A stretch of DNA of 55,039 bases, counting the filler, from Squatina squatina (taxonomy: Eukaryota), in NCBI GenBank assembly GCA_031763465.1. It is 4 parts of 4 records of this genome, joined end to end, with 100 filler letters (N's around TTAATTAATTAA, not from the genome) between each part and the next. Parts side by side here need not be neighbours in the genome. Positions count along the whole stretch, not along the records: positions 1 to 13,553 come from JARFOE010000016.1; 3 more parts are not named here. The stretch is one strand, 5' to 3'. Of this stretch, positions 1 through 11,329 are shown piece after piece. Every line of letters begins with the position of its first letter. Positions within the stretch are counted from its first letter, which is position 1. The position numbers were made by a program, and so were the translations under genes. A model generated the notes under the pieces. It had not been told where the DNA came from. It saw nothing but the letters and a program-made list of their open reading frames with translations, and made no database searches.

Positions 1-537
1 CAGGACAGTTCAGCGGCTCCGTCGCCAATGAGAATTCTCCTCCGTTCTTCACTGGAAACATCTGTCATGCCAAAGAATGTGCCAGTCCTCCAACAGATAT
101 GTGAAGAAGATGAAGAAGAAGAGGAGGAGGAGGAGGAGGAAGAAGACAATGCAGAAATGGAGGTCAAAGCCACACCTTTGCCGAATGTGATGCAAGCTCC
201 AAGCAGTGGCGTTAATCACAAGGACAGCAGTGTCACCACGTTGGGCTGTCCCAACAAAGACAGCGATGAGGGTGATGGCAGCAAACTCTTTCATGAGGTG
301 TGGAACTGTCAGCGTGAAAACGGGGCCATGAGCTCTTCAGCTGAGGTCCAAGGATCAGTCGGACCACTTTGTTGCAGCAGGTGGGCCGAGAAAAGCGAGC
401 AGCTTTCAACTTACTTTGGAAACAGGCCAATCAACCTGATGAACGAGAGTAACAACAACAGCACCAGCAAAGGTGTCCTTCGAGCTCCAGTGGACGTCAC
501 CGATATCAGTGTTTTACCTCGAATTGGGTGCCCTTAG
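1..537 (+). CDS. 3' part of a terminal coding exon, probably the C-terminus of an SNF-related kinase-like (SNRK-like) protein; 5' end lies outside the window
   Basis: Open frame from base 1 to TAG at 535-537. VPVLQQICEEDEEE resembles the SNRK C-terminal LNQIFEEGESDDE motif (recalled). Convergent with an ANO10 paralog, as SNRK and ANO10 are in human. No kinase domain is visible. Confidence 0.45.
   Translation, partial: QDSSAAPSPMRILLRSSLETSVMPKNVPVLQQICEEDEEEEEEEEEEEDNAEMEVKATPLPNVMQAPSSGVNHKDSSVTTLGCPNKDSDEGDGSKLFHEVWNCQRENGAMSSSAEVQGSVGPLCCSRWAEKSEQLSTYFGNRPINLMNESNNNSTSKGVLRAPVDVTDISVLPRIGCP
103..144 (+). repeat. GAA/GAG trinucleotide run encoding a poly-Glu tract
   Basis: gaagaagatgaagaagaagaggaggaggaggaggaggaagaa read directly. 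Confidence 0.9.
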
Positions 538-1026
538 ACTTTAGGAGATTACACTCTATCATTACTGCATCTCTTGACACACATGTGCTGGGGGTATAAT
601 CTTAAGGGAGAGGGAAAATTTTAAAAATTGGAGAAAAAGTATTTTGAAATTTTTTTATTGTATGGTATCAGGCCATGTGACTTTAAATAATAGAAAGCAG
701 AAGAAGCAAGCAAGTAAACCAACTTAAACAAGGAGTTAATGGAAGCAAATGGGAAACATTAGCTGCATGACAAGAAGATATTGCAATAAACTTTGGTCAT
801 GCCTACGAGAAGATACAAGAACCGTAAACGCTAGCTGGGTGAATGGAAAGGAACAGATAATTGACTTTTAAGAGTGGTTGATAAAATGTTGCATACAGGA
901 GGAATTAGTTTTCTTTACAACAAGAGAATTTTTTCAGGTACATGTAAATTACACAATTGGTCAGAATCTAAAAGCAGGCAGTAAAACTTTTGGAGCAAAC
1001 ATTAATTGGGATTCAGCTAAATTAGA

Positions 1027-1560
1027 TTTGAAGTGGGGGAGGACAGTACCTGAGGAGAGGAAACCGTTAACGACGTCAGCTGACATGGGAGCCAGAAAAG
1101 GAAGTTGGGTGGCCAGCAGTTTAGTGGGAAATAGGGTCGAGGGAGCAGGAAGTGGGTCTCATGGACAAGATGAGCTTGGACAGGTCAAGAGGAGAGATCG
1201 GAGAGAAACTGGAGAAAGATGCGAGTTCAGGGCTCGGGCAGGGAGGGATCCTCAGAGGACGTTTAGCCCAGTGGGCCAGGGGAAGGAAGCGAAATGGCAG
1301 AGGCGGCTGATTGGATGGTCTCAATCTTCGAGACAAAGAAGTCCATGACCCCCTCACACTTGTTATTGGAGGTGAGAGTGGAGAAGACAGGAGAGGGATT
1401 TAAGGAGACGGTTTGCAGTAAAGAATAGAAGCTCAGGGTTATCTTTGCATTCCAGAATGATCCTAGAATAGTGAGACATTTTTGGCAGACATGTCAGGGC
1501 CTGATTTATGTGATCCAGCCAGATCAGGTGGTGAATGGCTAAACCAGTTTCCCCACCAGG
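1027..1560 (-). mobile_element. Degenerate L2-clade LINE ORF2 fragment (between endonuclease and RT)
   Basis: Minus-strand peptides TGLAIHHLIWLDHI, HYSRIILECKDNP.LLF.TANRLLK, LSKLILSMRPTSCSLDPI and KLLATQLPFLAPMSADVVN..LSSGTV, with frameshifts. Confidence 0.8.
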
Positions 1561-2019
1561 GTCCCTGTGATCCCAGCAGGGTGAGCTCCCCAAACTCCGA
1601 GTCCATGCTGACTCTAGGAATCATGCTTCCTGTTGACCTCCCCTTCATTGGCTGAATTGTTGTGGCCCATCTTTAAATCTTTGTTTCAAATTCTCTGCTG
1701 ATGTTGTGTGTGTCTCTGGGCCTCGCTCCCCCTCCAGCCCTCAAAGGAATCTGTGAATGCTGCCCACAGTGTAGGTGCTGGGAGGGGTAGGTGCCTTGGG
1801 TAAAGTGACCCCTTGCAGGAGGCTCACATCCTAACAGCACAGAGACTGGGAGAGTGAGCTGCCTGAGCCTGGCCTCCTGTGACACTGGGGAACTAACACC
1901 CTGTACCATCCCACCACACACCTGCAGGTGGCCCATTCCACCTCGAGCAAGGATGAAGGCTCTCGTGGTTGGCATGGTGATCGGACTCGGGATCATGTTC
2001 CCAATTCCCAATTGAAGTC

Positions 2020-2254
2020 TTACTACAATTATCACAGGGCATTGGTGAGGCCACACCTGGAGTATTGTGTACAGTTCTGGTCTACATACCTAAGGATATA
2101 CTTGCCATAAAGGGAGTGCAGCGAAGGTTCACCAGGCTGATTCCTGGGATGGCAGGATTGTCGTATGAGGAAAGTTTGGGTCGATTAGGCCTGTATTCAC
2201 TAGAGTTTAGAAGAATGAGAGGGGATCTCTTTGAAACGTATAACATTTTGACAG
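2020..2254 (+). mobile_element. CR1 LINE ORF2 C-terminal fragment, cut by gap
   Basis: RALVRPHLEYCVQFWS and VQRRFTRLIPGMAGLSYEE.L.RLGLYSLEFRRMRGDL are typical CR1 motifs. Confidence 0.92.
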
Positions 2255-2711
2255 NNNNNNNNNNNNNNNNNNNNNNNNNNNNNNNNNNNNNNNNNNNNNN
2301 NNNNNNNNNNNNNNNNNNNNNNNNNNNNNNNNNNNNNNNNNNNNNNNNNNNNNNGGAAATTGATGTATCTGGATCAGAAATTCTATGGCATAGGAAGAAA
2401 TGGAAATAGATTTCATTGTGGAATATTATAAAACAGGGAATGATTTGATTTATTGGACTTGGATTTAATTAGACAGAATGGGAAACTATTTAGTTCACTA
2501 ATTGGATCAGGGCCACAGACTGAATTTAATTCTGTTTCCTCATGGGAGGTGCTGCCTTCAAACGAATATATTAACAATCTTACGAAAAATGCACAAATTT
2601 GGGCAAAATCATTTAATTTCTAGAAATGTTCAGAAGTTGCACATCGTAAAAGAACTATCGAGGAGCAGCTCAGAGGCAAACCTCATGTTCACTCTCAGTC
2701 AAAGGACATAC

Positions 2712-2827
2712 CAGAGCTGGGTAGGATGGATATCCCCTGCATTTTGCCCAGACTAAATCCAGAGACTCCAAAGGACTGTCCTCATCATCTGACATCCAGC
2801 CTGTAGACCGGCTCAATCCCTTGCGCA
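2712..2827 (-). CDS. BRPF1: Peregrin/BRPF1 internal exon, start of the PWWP domain
   Basis: [39 protein letters not shown] matches recalled BRPF1 [39 protein letters not shown]; acceptor tttcccataacAG, donor GTATGT; 116 bp. Confidence 0.88.
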
Positions 2828-5800
2828 CTGTTATGGGAAAGAGATTTAGTACATTCAATAGAGATTTAAGAAGAATAGTAATTCTTTACGCAGTTGTGCC
2901 ATATGGCAGGAATCCTAGCTCTGCATCGAACTTCAATTCATTCACATTTTTCTTTAAAGGTGGAGGATACTGAACATGTTTTTACAGACAATTCAATTCA
3001 CTTGACTTTATACTAGGGTTCATAGTTAGATCCAGATCTTTCATTTCAAATCAAGTGTTTTGCCACAGATAAGGAAAGATTGGAGGAGGTTAGAGTGGAG
3101 CATAAATGCCAGCGTGGATTGGTTGGGCTAAATGGCCTCTTTCTATGCTGGTACGTCCTCACATCCACATGCAATATACCACATTTTATATATGCTTTAA
3201 AGCCCATTCGATTAGTGCACTAGACGAAAGGCATTATGGAATAATGCATCAAAATAAAAGTCATTAAGTTCCATTTGGCTCATTTTCAAAATGTTAAGAA
3301 AATTAACACCTGGAGTGACTCTCCTTCCCCAGTGATACCATATTGGGGCCACAATGCAAAGTGTAGGTAAGATTTGTTAGAGAAGGTCTCATTTCACTTG
3401 GAATCTACATAACTTTCACACAGTATGAGGGAGGAACACTATAAAACCAACACAGCAAATACCTCCCCCCAGCATTATGCCTAACCTGCTTGCACCAACA
3501 AATGTGATGCTAGTAGGGTCGGCTGTAGTAGTATGTGCATACAGATACGTTCTGCATTACAAGTGAGAGGGAAACAAAATGGTCGCAGAGAGTATGCGCA
3601 AAGCAAATATCCAAGAACCTATTAAAAGACGTGTAACACAACAGAACTGGTCAGAGTAATTCAAACCCTGACGTTCACTTGAATCTTGACCGTGCGTAGA
3701 TATAAAAAGAAAATCTGCAGTTGCTTAAGAAGTGCGAAGGGCTAAGTCTGGAAAGTCCAAAGCACTTGATTGACCGAATGGCAGAGAACAGTGGGTTAGT
3801 AAACGACAGTGCGTGCTTTGACAGCAGTGCAGACCCTGTGAATAAATTTGACCCTGCCCGATCGAAGAATGTAAATATCAGGGACAGGATTCTGCAGATC
3901 CCACTTTGTGAGAAAGCCCTTTCCTTTAAGATAAAACCAAACTCTAAGGAGAATCTGCTCTCTTTTGGACAGTTCAACTGTTGTCATGTAATTTAGTTTT
4001 TTTTTAAATTATATACTTTTGTGTGTGTCTACACACACTCTGTGTAAATATGTATCATCTTTTACAGAAAAGGGGTGACACTGAGGTAAGGTGTTAGAAA
4101 GCAATGACTTTTGAGGTCCCTTTCTGATTTTGCGCTCCCAGAGGGGAGCCTTGCACGCCATGAAAGCATATTGAAAACTAGGGCATGCACTGCGCATGAC
4201 TTCCTGGCCGTTCATTTAACTGATAGGACAGCCATGCGCAGCACATGCTTGAATTAACGATACATGGACCAGGCTCCCATCCAAAGTGTAAAGTTGGAAA
4301 AATCCCACTAGGATTAGGTTCAGTCCTGCACAAATTAACAGCATGTTCAGTGAATCTTGAAAGAGCCTGGTTAATTCTTTACTATCTGAGATACTTGTCA
4401 GTGTTTGAGGTCAATTAATGTGTTGTGTGGAAATGGAAGGAAGCATTCAGTGGAATACAAAACCCAGGTGTGATTCACGTCGGGGTTGTAGAAAGCAGTA
4501 ATCTAGAAATAGCATCGCAACTGAGTAGTTAGCCATTAAACAAATAAACCATTGTGGGTTCTTGGACCCTTAAAATATGATGCTAGTTCTGCAGCAACAG
4601 TGTATTTGGCTGGAGGTATTGGCCCTGGTATTTACAGGGAACAGGGGGGGGGGCGCGGCTGGGGACCGCAAAGGTCCTGCCAAATGTAATGACAGGACCT
4701 TAGTTGAATTTCTTTTTCTCTGTTTCTCGGCCGGTAGCCAGCAAGGTTGAGAGGCTGGCTGGCTGTCGGGCGGGAAGGCCTGCTCTAGAATGCCGCAGTC
4801 AAAGACTGGAAAAGAGGTAGGGAAGAAGGGGGATTGCTGGGTCGGTGGGTGGGAGCAGGCAGAGTTCACCGGCCAGTGTGGAGAATGGCAGGGGGTGGAG
4901 GCGTTGGGGTGGGGGGAGGGGTGGAGGCACNNNNNNNNNNNNNNNNNNNNNNNNNNNNNNNNNNNNNNNNNNNNNNNNNNNNNNNNNNNNNNNNNNNNNN
5001 NNNNNNNNNNNNNNNNNNNNNNNNNNNNNNCGTATGTCTGTGGCTGGCACTCCAGGTCTGTGGAGAGTACTGACATTGACATGCCCTGAGTGACTCTCTG
5101 GTTTTCGTTTCTCGCTGTGGGGAGAGCCTGGCTTTGCTCAGTAACTTCACACAGCGGCATGGTTGAAACTTGAGGCTCAGTGTGTGGTAAGTGAAGGGTG
5201 TTGACGTGTGCCCACACATCGTATGGGGGAGAATGTTGGCATGGGGTCGTGCTACAACTTGGAGACTGCGTACTAAATGAATCATTCCGCCTGCACCACA
5301 GCCCAGCCCAGTTTATAGCCTCCTGCTGAAATGTGGGGAGAATTATTTCTGGCTTTGTTCATGGGCGTTGATTCTTTACCGGTTCCAATCAAGCTCAAAT
5401 GAAAAGTACAAGAGCTTGCTCTTAATAGAGTCATAAAAGTGATTTATTTCCAACACATTAATCACTTCAGAGTTTAAATAATTAATAGCTCCTCATTTGG
5501 AAGTGGCTTGCAGTTCATTAATTGAATAAATGCCATTCAGAGTGTTGTAATTAAGCAATACCCATTAGTCGCACCACATCCTGCTTCTCCCAGTATGGTC
5601 TTTGACCTTTGTCTATTTGCTGACTTAAAAAAAACAGCTATTACAATATATCATATTTATAGACAAGGGTTCTCGTTTGGAAAGATTATTCCAGNNNNNN
5701 NNNNNNNNNNNNNNNNNNNNNNNNNNNNNNNNNNNNNNNNNNNNNNNNNNNNNNNNNNNNNNNNNNNNNNNNNNNNNNNNNNNNNNNNNNNNNNCAGAGC

Positions 5801-6027
5801 ACTTGTGATGATATTACTTTGAGTTGTATGGGTCACTAGTACTGGTGGGTTACATTGTGTGATCACTGCTCTGTGTGAATGAACTCTGCTTTGCACGGGT
5901 TACTGTTAAGTTTCTGACACTTGTGTTGTGCGTCTAACTTATGAAAAAGGAAATGTGCTTTTATGTTTCTTATGCTAGTGCTGGCGTATCACTGTTTCAT
6001 AATTTACTGGCAAGACTTAGAACTTAC

Positions 6028-6162
6028 AAATCGCTTCTCCTGGATAGAGAGATTTTGTGGGATATCCTGGAATATACTTCTCATCTACGGCCTTTATATT
6101 CTCTAATGTGCGCAAAATGATGAACTGACGCTCAGCTAATGTCAGAAATTCATTTATGTTAT
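6028..6162 (-). CDS. Anoctamin-10-like (ano10b-type paralog) exon
   Basis: DNINEFLTLAERQFIILRTLENIKAVDEKYIPGYPTKSLYPGEAI aligns to ANO10 [41 protein letters not shown]; ttctAG and GTAAGT; 135 bp, phase 1-1. Confidence 0.88.
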
Positions 6163-6256
6163 CTAGAAAGAAAACACAAAGAATAAAGTAGTTTAACAAA
6201 TAAGCAAAACAAAGAAAACTAAGATGATTTTTCTTCTTTCAAAGTGGAAATGATAC

Positions 6257-6430
6257 CTGCGTTTTTAAAATTTCTCCTGTCCCTGTAGGAAAATGAGATC
6301 ATGGAGCCATCTTTGTACAGTTTATAAAATCCCAGAACCTCAGCTGCCCTCAGGAGAGCATGTTGAGATGCAGAAACTAGAATCATATTCCCATCATCAT
6401 CTTCACCAGGATGGACCATTAGCTCAGCAC
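6257..6430 (-). CDS. Anoctamin-10-like exon
   Basis: GAELMVHPGEDDDGNMILVSASQHALLRAAEVLGFYKLYKDGSMISFSYRDRRNFKNA aligns to ANO10 [39 protein letters not shown]; cccAG and GTATCA; 174 bp; phases join to both neighbouring exons. Confidence 0.85.
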
Positions 6431-7795
6431 CTGGGCAAAGGAGGGGGAGGGGTGAGAAAGAAAATCACAAGATTAGTTTCAGATGAAGAAAGCCCTTTGA
6501 TCTAGTCGATCTTATCCTTCTCGAATGCCAACCCAACTGACATACTAATACAGCACCTAGATTAGCTGTGATAGAAGTCAGAGAGGCAAATAGATAGTGA
6601 GCAATGAAAGAAAATGAAGAGGCAACGTAAAGTAGATTGAAATAAAGGGAAAGATATATATGATATATGTGTATACATAGAGTGTGTGTATATAAAGACA
6701 AAAAAAGAAAGAAAAAAAGTGAACGAGAGACTGAGTGGGAAAACGGGAACCAGAGTGAACCAGAGATTGAGAAAGAAATGGAGAAAAGAAGCAAAAGAAA
6801 GCATGAAGGTGAGACAAGGTTCCAAAAAGAGGCAATAGAANNNNNNNNNNNNNNNNNNNNNNNNNNNNNNNNNNNNNNNNNNNNNNNNNNNNNNNNNNNN
6901 NNNNNNNNNNNNNNNNNNNNNNNNNNNNNNNNNNNNNNNNNNNNNNNNNNNNNNNNNNNNNNNNNNNNNNNNNNNNNNNNNNNNNNNNNNNNNNNNNNNN
7001 NNNNNNNNNNNNNNNNNNNNNNNNNNNNNNNNNNNNNNNNNNNNNCATTGCCCCGAATTCATCTCTGGATGTCAAGTGCAAATATCAAACGGCCAGAAAA
7101 ATAATTCTTTCGCCAAGCCATCAACTGTAATGCTTAACGTAAAAAGAATTTAAGTTTCTAGATACTCGTTTTGTTGAACTAAAACAATATTGCTGATATG
7201 CAGATGCAATTTTCTCTTCACCGTTATAAACCAAGTGTGTTGCTGCAGCTTCAGAGATACAAATGGAGAGAGGCAAGTTGCCGTAGCAACTGTCAGTTAA
7301 TATATAATCTACTGTGAAAGTGTTAAGGCAAAATTGCAGTGTTTCATATATCGCAGCGCTCTCGGAAACATAACTCATTGTCATTCGTGAGGAGAAACTT
7401 GAGGTAGTCCCTTTTCACAATGCCTGTTTTTCGAATGTGTTTGAAGACGTTAAGATGATTTATTCGTTATTCCAAAAATTGCCATCATGCAGTCTCCAAA
7501 AACAAGGAAGATTCAGTTCTTTCCAACTTGGAGGGGGTGGGTGGTGGTGGGGTTGGTCCAGCGGGCAGCCATGTTTTTGGCAGATGGAGCAGGTGAATGC
7601 CAAACATGTGACCAAAGTGGCACATTTCATCTGTCTGCCCCATGTAAATGTGATTCTCTCCCACTGACCCAGCAAATTCTGGTGGGGGTCAGTGCTAGGT
7701 GGCATTAGTGGGTGCAATCCCAGCTTAACATGTGGAATTTTAGGATTAGTGTTTCTTTAAACCTCTTCACCGTCAGTTAATCGGCACTGTCATAC

Positions 7796-7964
7796 CGCCA
7801 ACTATCTTGTCTGCCTGGATTCTGGACATCAACCATCGCTTGGTTTCCATGTTGATGTTCTCGATCAGCTCCAAGGTGACCAGAGGCTGTACTGCGCTGG
7901 AAGTACAACATTTACAGGTAGACCTGGTCCAAGAACCCATGGCTGCTGGCTCCTTGTGCTCCAT
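7796..7964 (-). CDS. Anoctamin-10-like, probable first coding exon (start codon uncertain)
   Basis: QPLVTLELIENINMETKRWLMSRIQADKIVGG aligns to ANO10 [31 protein letters not shown]; phase-1 donor GTATGA matches the next exon. Confidence 0.8.
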
Positions 7965-8944
7965 GAAAAAGAACACAGAGTGTTAACCAACAAAAAGTTA
8001 TAACCACAAACAGCAATCAATAAAATAATTACAGTAATGAGTTCAGCTTATAAAATAACGATCCCTTAATGATAATGGATCATAGAGGGAGCTGTTAACT
8101 TTAATGATAGACAGACTGTTGCTATTTGAAAGGACTGTTGTGGCTGAAGTTGCAAAACGAGGCGAACATCAATCATGCACTGTATTGTACTTTTGTCCCT
8201 AAGACTGTTCTGAAAATAGTTTTGGAATGTAGGAAGAGGTTGCAACAATACAATTTGTCTTGGGTATCACCTATTGATGTAACACTACCTCTTCCCCCAA
8301 CATCTTTGTGGAATTGACCTATACTTACTCCCTCCTTGAAACTGATGATAAACTGAATAAAGGGCTACTGATGCAGCAGTCAATATGGTAATAAGGAACC
8401 CTTGGGGGACCTGTGTCAGCTCTCATACCAATGTGATGAATTACAGTTAAAAGTCTGAATCATTTTTCACAACTNNNNNNNNNNNNNNNNNNNNNNNNNN
8501 NNNNNNNNNNNNNNNNNNNNNNNNNNNNNNNNNNNNNNNNNNNNNNNNNNNNNNNNNNNNNNNNNNNNNNNNNNTAATTTTTGGGGGTCAATGCAACATT
8601 GTCACACTAACCCGATGCTGACCCGGTACCTGGAACGTAGCGTCGACAGGCGTGGCCCCGCCCCCTGAGTTAAAGGTGAGGGCCGCCGGTCGCCGCCACG
8701 GTCCCCCAGTGGCCGACGTTGGGCCACCAGGTAAAGTAGTGAACGGGCCACCGGGCTGCCATGCCAGTGAACATTCCGGCAAACATCCTAACGCCCGCTG
8801 GGGGGAACGGCTGCCATGGATCAACCAACAGGAGATACTTCTAGCAGGACCAGAAATTCCCATGCATTCCTACTTCCTCTTTCTTATTCTCTTATACTTG
8901 CTTTTTTTCCGCCTATTTTCTGAAGTGATTGTGCAATTATACAG

Positions 8945-9220
8945 CAACAAAGCATCAGAGATTCATTCCACTGACAGACTCTTCAATAGTGGCTGAAGTC
9001 CTTTGGCCTTTTGATAGTATTCCCACCTTTGAGTCAGTGTTTGAACACCACCCCAGACGGACCCAGCGAATGGAGACTCTCAATTCTGGGATGACCCAGT
9101 GGGATACTTGTGCCCCACCCCACACCTCATCGTATGGGCTGTGGGAGTTCATAAAACCCTCCCGCCGCATAGAACTAACCACCGTACCGGCTGGTATAAA
9201 GATGGTTACAGCCATGGAAG
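8945..9220 (+). CDS. Putative internal coding exon of an unidentified gene
   Basis: Long pyrimidine tract 8870-8920, acceptor atacAG, 276 bp open frame (phase 1-1), consensus donor AAG|GTGAGT; no family recognised. Confidence 0.45.
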
Positions 9221-9465
9221 GTGAGTTCATGTCGCGGCCTGTCAGACTGTTAATCAGTCTGCGAAAACTTCCTCTACTTCATACTGTTCTCCAAGGGAAG
9301 AATATGAAGATACGAAAACATCCACAACATCTCATCACCCAAGCCTATATAAAGTCAATCCATTGGATTTAAATCCTATCTTTAAAGTGGACAATGAGAT
9401 CCTGAAAGTTTGCAAAGAAATTTGACTCATGTGTTCTAAATTTTTTAAAGTTATTTTTGTTTATT

Positions 9466-9713
9466 ATTCGTTCTGGAATGTGGACGTCACTGGCAAGGCC
9501 AGCATTTCTTGCCCATCCCTAATTGCCCTTGAGAATGTGGGGCTGAGCCATCTTCTTGAACTGCTGCAGTCCATGTAGTGAAGTTGCTCCCACAGTGCTG
9601 TTAGGGAGGGAGTTCCATCATTTTGACACAGCGACGATGAGGAACGATGATATATTTCCAAGTCAGGAGGGGAACTTGCAGGCGATGGTGCTCCTATGTG
9701 CTTGCTGCCCTTG
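9466..9713 (-). mobile_element. 3' end of a common shark LINE (CR1-group) retroelement
   Basis: gtcactggcaaggccagcatt..gcccatccctaattgcccttgagaa..gaactgctgcagtcc is a recalled shark LINE tail; related pieces at about 11920-11965 and 53615-53680. Confidence 0.65.
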
Positions 9714-10504
9714 TGAAAGTCAAACAAGTTTTATATATTAGCTAGAAAAAATAGAAGTAAAGTTAAACTAAAAATGAGAGGGAACGGGGAAAGAATATTA
9801 GTTGTGGTGTAAAACCACCATTTTACCCGATCCCGTGGGCTTCCCGATGGGTGGGTTTGGTTAAAATGAACCAAACTACCACTATGGATTTGATTCTCCC
9901 GAAACTTCGGCGGGAACCCGAGATTGACAAGTAAACAGGGTTTCCGCCAATTTTAAGGTTATGTGATGGTGGCCAATGGGAGAACCTGCAAGGAAATTCT
10001 CAGCATATATCTCAGAATCCATTGCACCTAGCCTTCCCAAAATTCGATTTGCTTAAGGGAGCATCTCTCAACCACTGAGGCACCATGTCAAGACAGCTAT
10101 AAAAAATAATTTTCTTCTATTAAAGATCGAAATTATAATTAGTACAACAGAACTAAACAGAAATCAAGGGAATGAGAAAAGGATCCCATCTCACACCAGG
10201 GAATGCTGCTAATTCCTGAATTAGAGAAGCTGTGAAATCCTTGGACACATCGAGGTGGATTTTCAACTTACTGCCCGGGATTACAACTGGTGTTCAAATC
10301 GGGCGGCCATTATAAAAATCATACAATTTTCATTCATCAACGCCAATTTAACACTCGGGTGGCAACTTGAAAATCTACCCCAGTGTAAACCCAGTGCACA
10401 TGAAGGAGCTGATAGGTCACTTCTGTCAAGGATCGCATGCAGTTTGTTTTAATGTGTTAACGTTTCATTTTGTTTAGCATTTGACACAATTGAATCTTTC
10501 TTAG

Positions 10505-10620
10505 ACTTGTCTACAACCGGACATCACAGAGAACTTCCAATGCACCTGGGGTGGAGACCCGAGTTCCTGGTTTTGGAAAGACTTACTCCGTGGAATATCT
10601 GGATCCATTGAAACTAGCAG
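10505..10620 (+). CDS. LCAT: Lecithin-cholesterol acyltransferase, exon 3 equivalent
   Basis: [39 protein letters not shown]; SNAPGV and [13 protein letters not shown] are LCAT-type rather than PLA2G15-type; ttAG and GTTTGG; 116 bp. Confidence 0.85.
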
Positions 10621-10742
10621 GTTTGGTTGGGAAAGCTGGCAAACGCTGTAATTTTTCTAAACCTTCCTCCTGTAATTAGTGCACCTTGAATTCTGTAACT
10701 CTGGAGTCACACAGTGTTGCTGCAGAATAATGGATCCACTGC

Positions 10743-10946
10743 AAAGAAAGAAAGGAATTGCATTTCCATAGCTCCTTTCACAACCTTAGGATGTCCCAAA
10801 GCACTTGATAACCAATTAAGTACTTTTTGAAATGTGTTCGCTGTTGTAATGTAGGAAACACAGCAAGGTAATTTGCACACAACAAGCTCCCACAAACAGC
10901 AATGTGATAATGACTAGATAATCTGATTTAGTGATGTTGATTGAGG
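10743..10946 (-). mobile_element. Deu-SINE (SacSINE1-like) 3' half with L2-derived tail, cut by gap
   Basis: tgcatt..atagc.cctttcacaacct..ggatgtcccaaagcact ... ttgtaatgtaggaaac ... aagctcccacaaacagcaatgtgataatgac matches the recalled family. Confidence 0.75.
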
Positions 10947-11101
10947 NNNNNNNNNNNNNNNNNNNNNNNNNNNNNNNNNNNNNNNNNNNNNNNNNNNNNN
11001 NNNNNNNNNNNNNNNNNNNNNNNNNNNNNNNNNNNNNNNNNNNNNNGAATGGCCTTCTTCTGCGCTGCAACTATTCTATTCTTCTCAGCACCCCAGAACC
11101 C

Positions 11102-11169
11102 CCCTTACCACCCCCAAAGGAAGTGGAGCGTGCGAGATTGCACTCCGTTTCCTTTGGGGGTGGTAAGGG
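11102..11169. repeat. Near-perfect inverted repeat (hairpin) inside a GC-rich element
   Basis: cccttaccacccccaaaggaagtggag (11102-11128) pairs with ctccgtttcctttgggggtggtaaggg (11143-11169) at 25 of 27 positions. Confidence 0.9.
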
Positions 11170-11329
11170 CGGAGGTGGGACGTTTGCGCCGGGTGCAGAA
11201 TGTCCCGGCCCCAGAAGGTTACCGCTCCCAATTGGGGCACAGGGCAATTTTGCCCCCAAAATCTTTTATCATTGAAGAGAAAGGTGATTTTAAGTTTGTG
11301 TTTTCCTTTCTTCAATACCCATTTTCCAG

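Noticed and set aside
878-1348. 156-aa plus-strand ORF
   Set aside because: Antisense to the degenerate L2 ORF2 fragment; no independent coding signal.
5031-5290. Possible Harbinger transposase remnant
   Set aside because: Only a faint resemblance; no catalytic motif visible.
6667-7104. Lys/Glu-rich ORF
   Set aside because: Purine-rich low-complexity intron sequence read through an N gap.
8588-8863. GC-rich ORFs here and at 21099-21634 and 24059-24640
   Set aside because: Stop-poor because of high GC in interspersed elements; no splice signals or recognisable domains.
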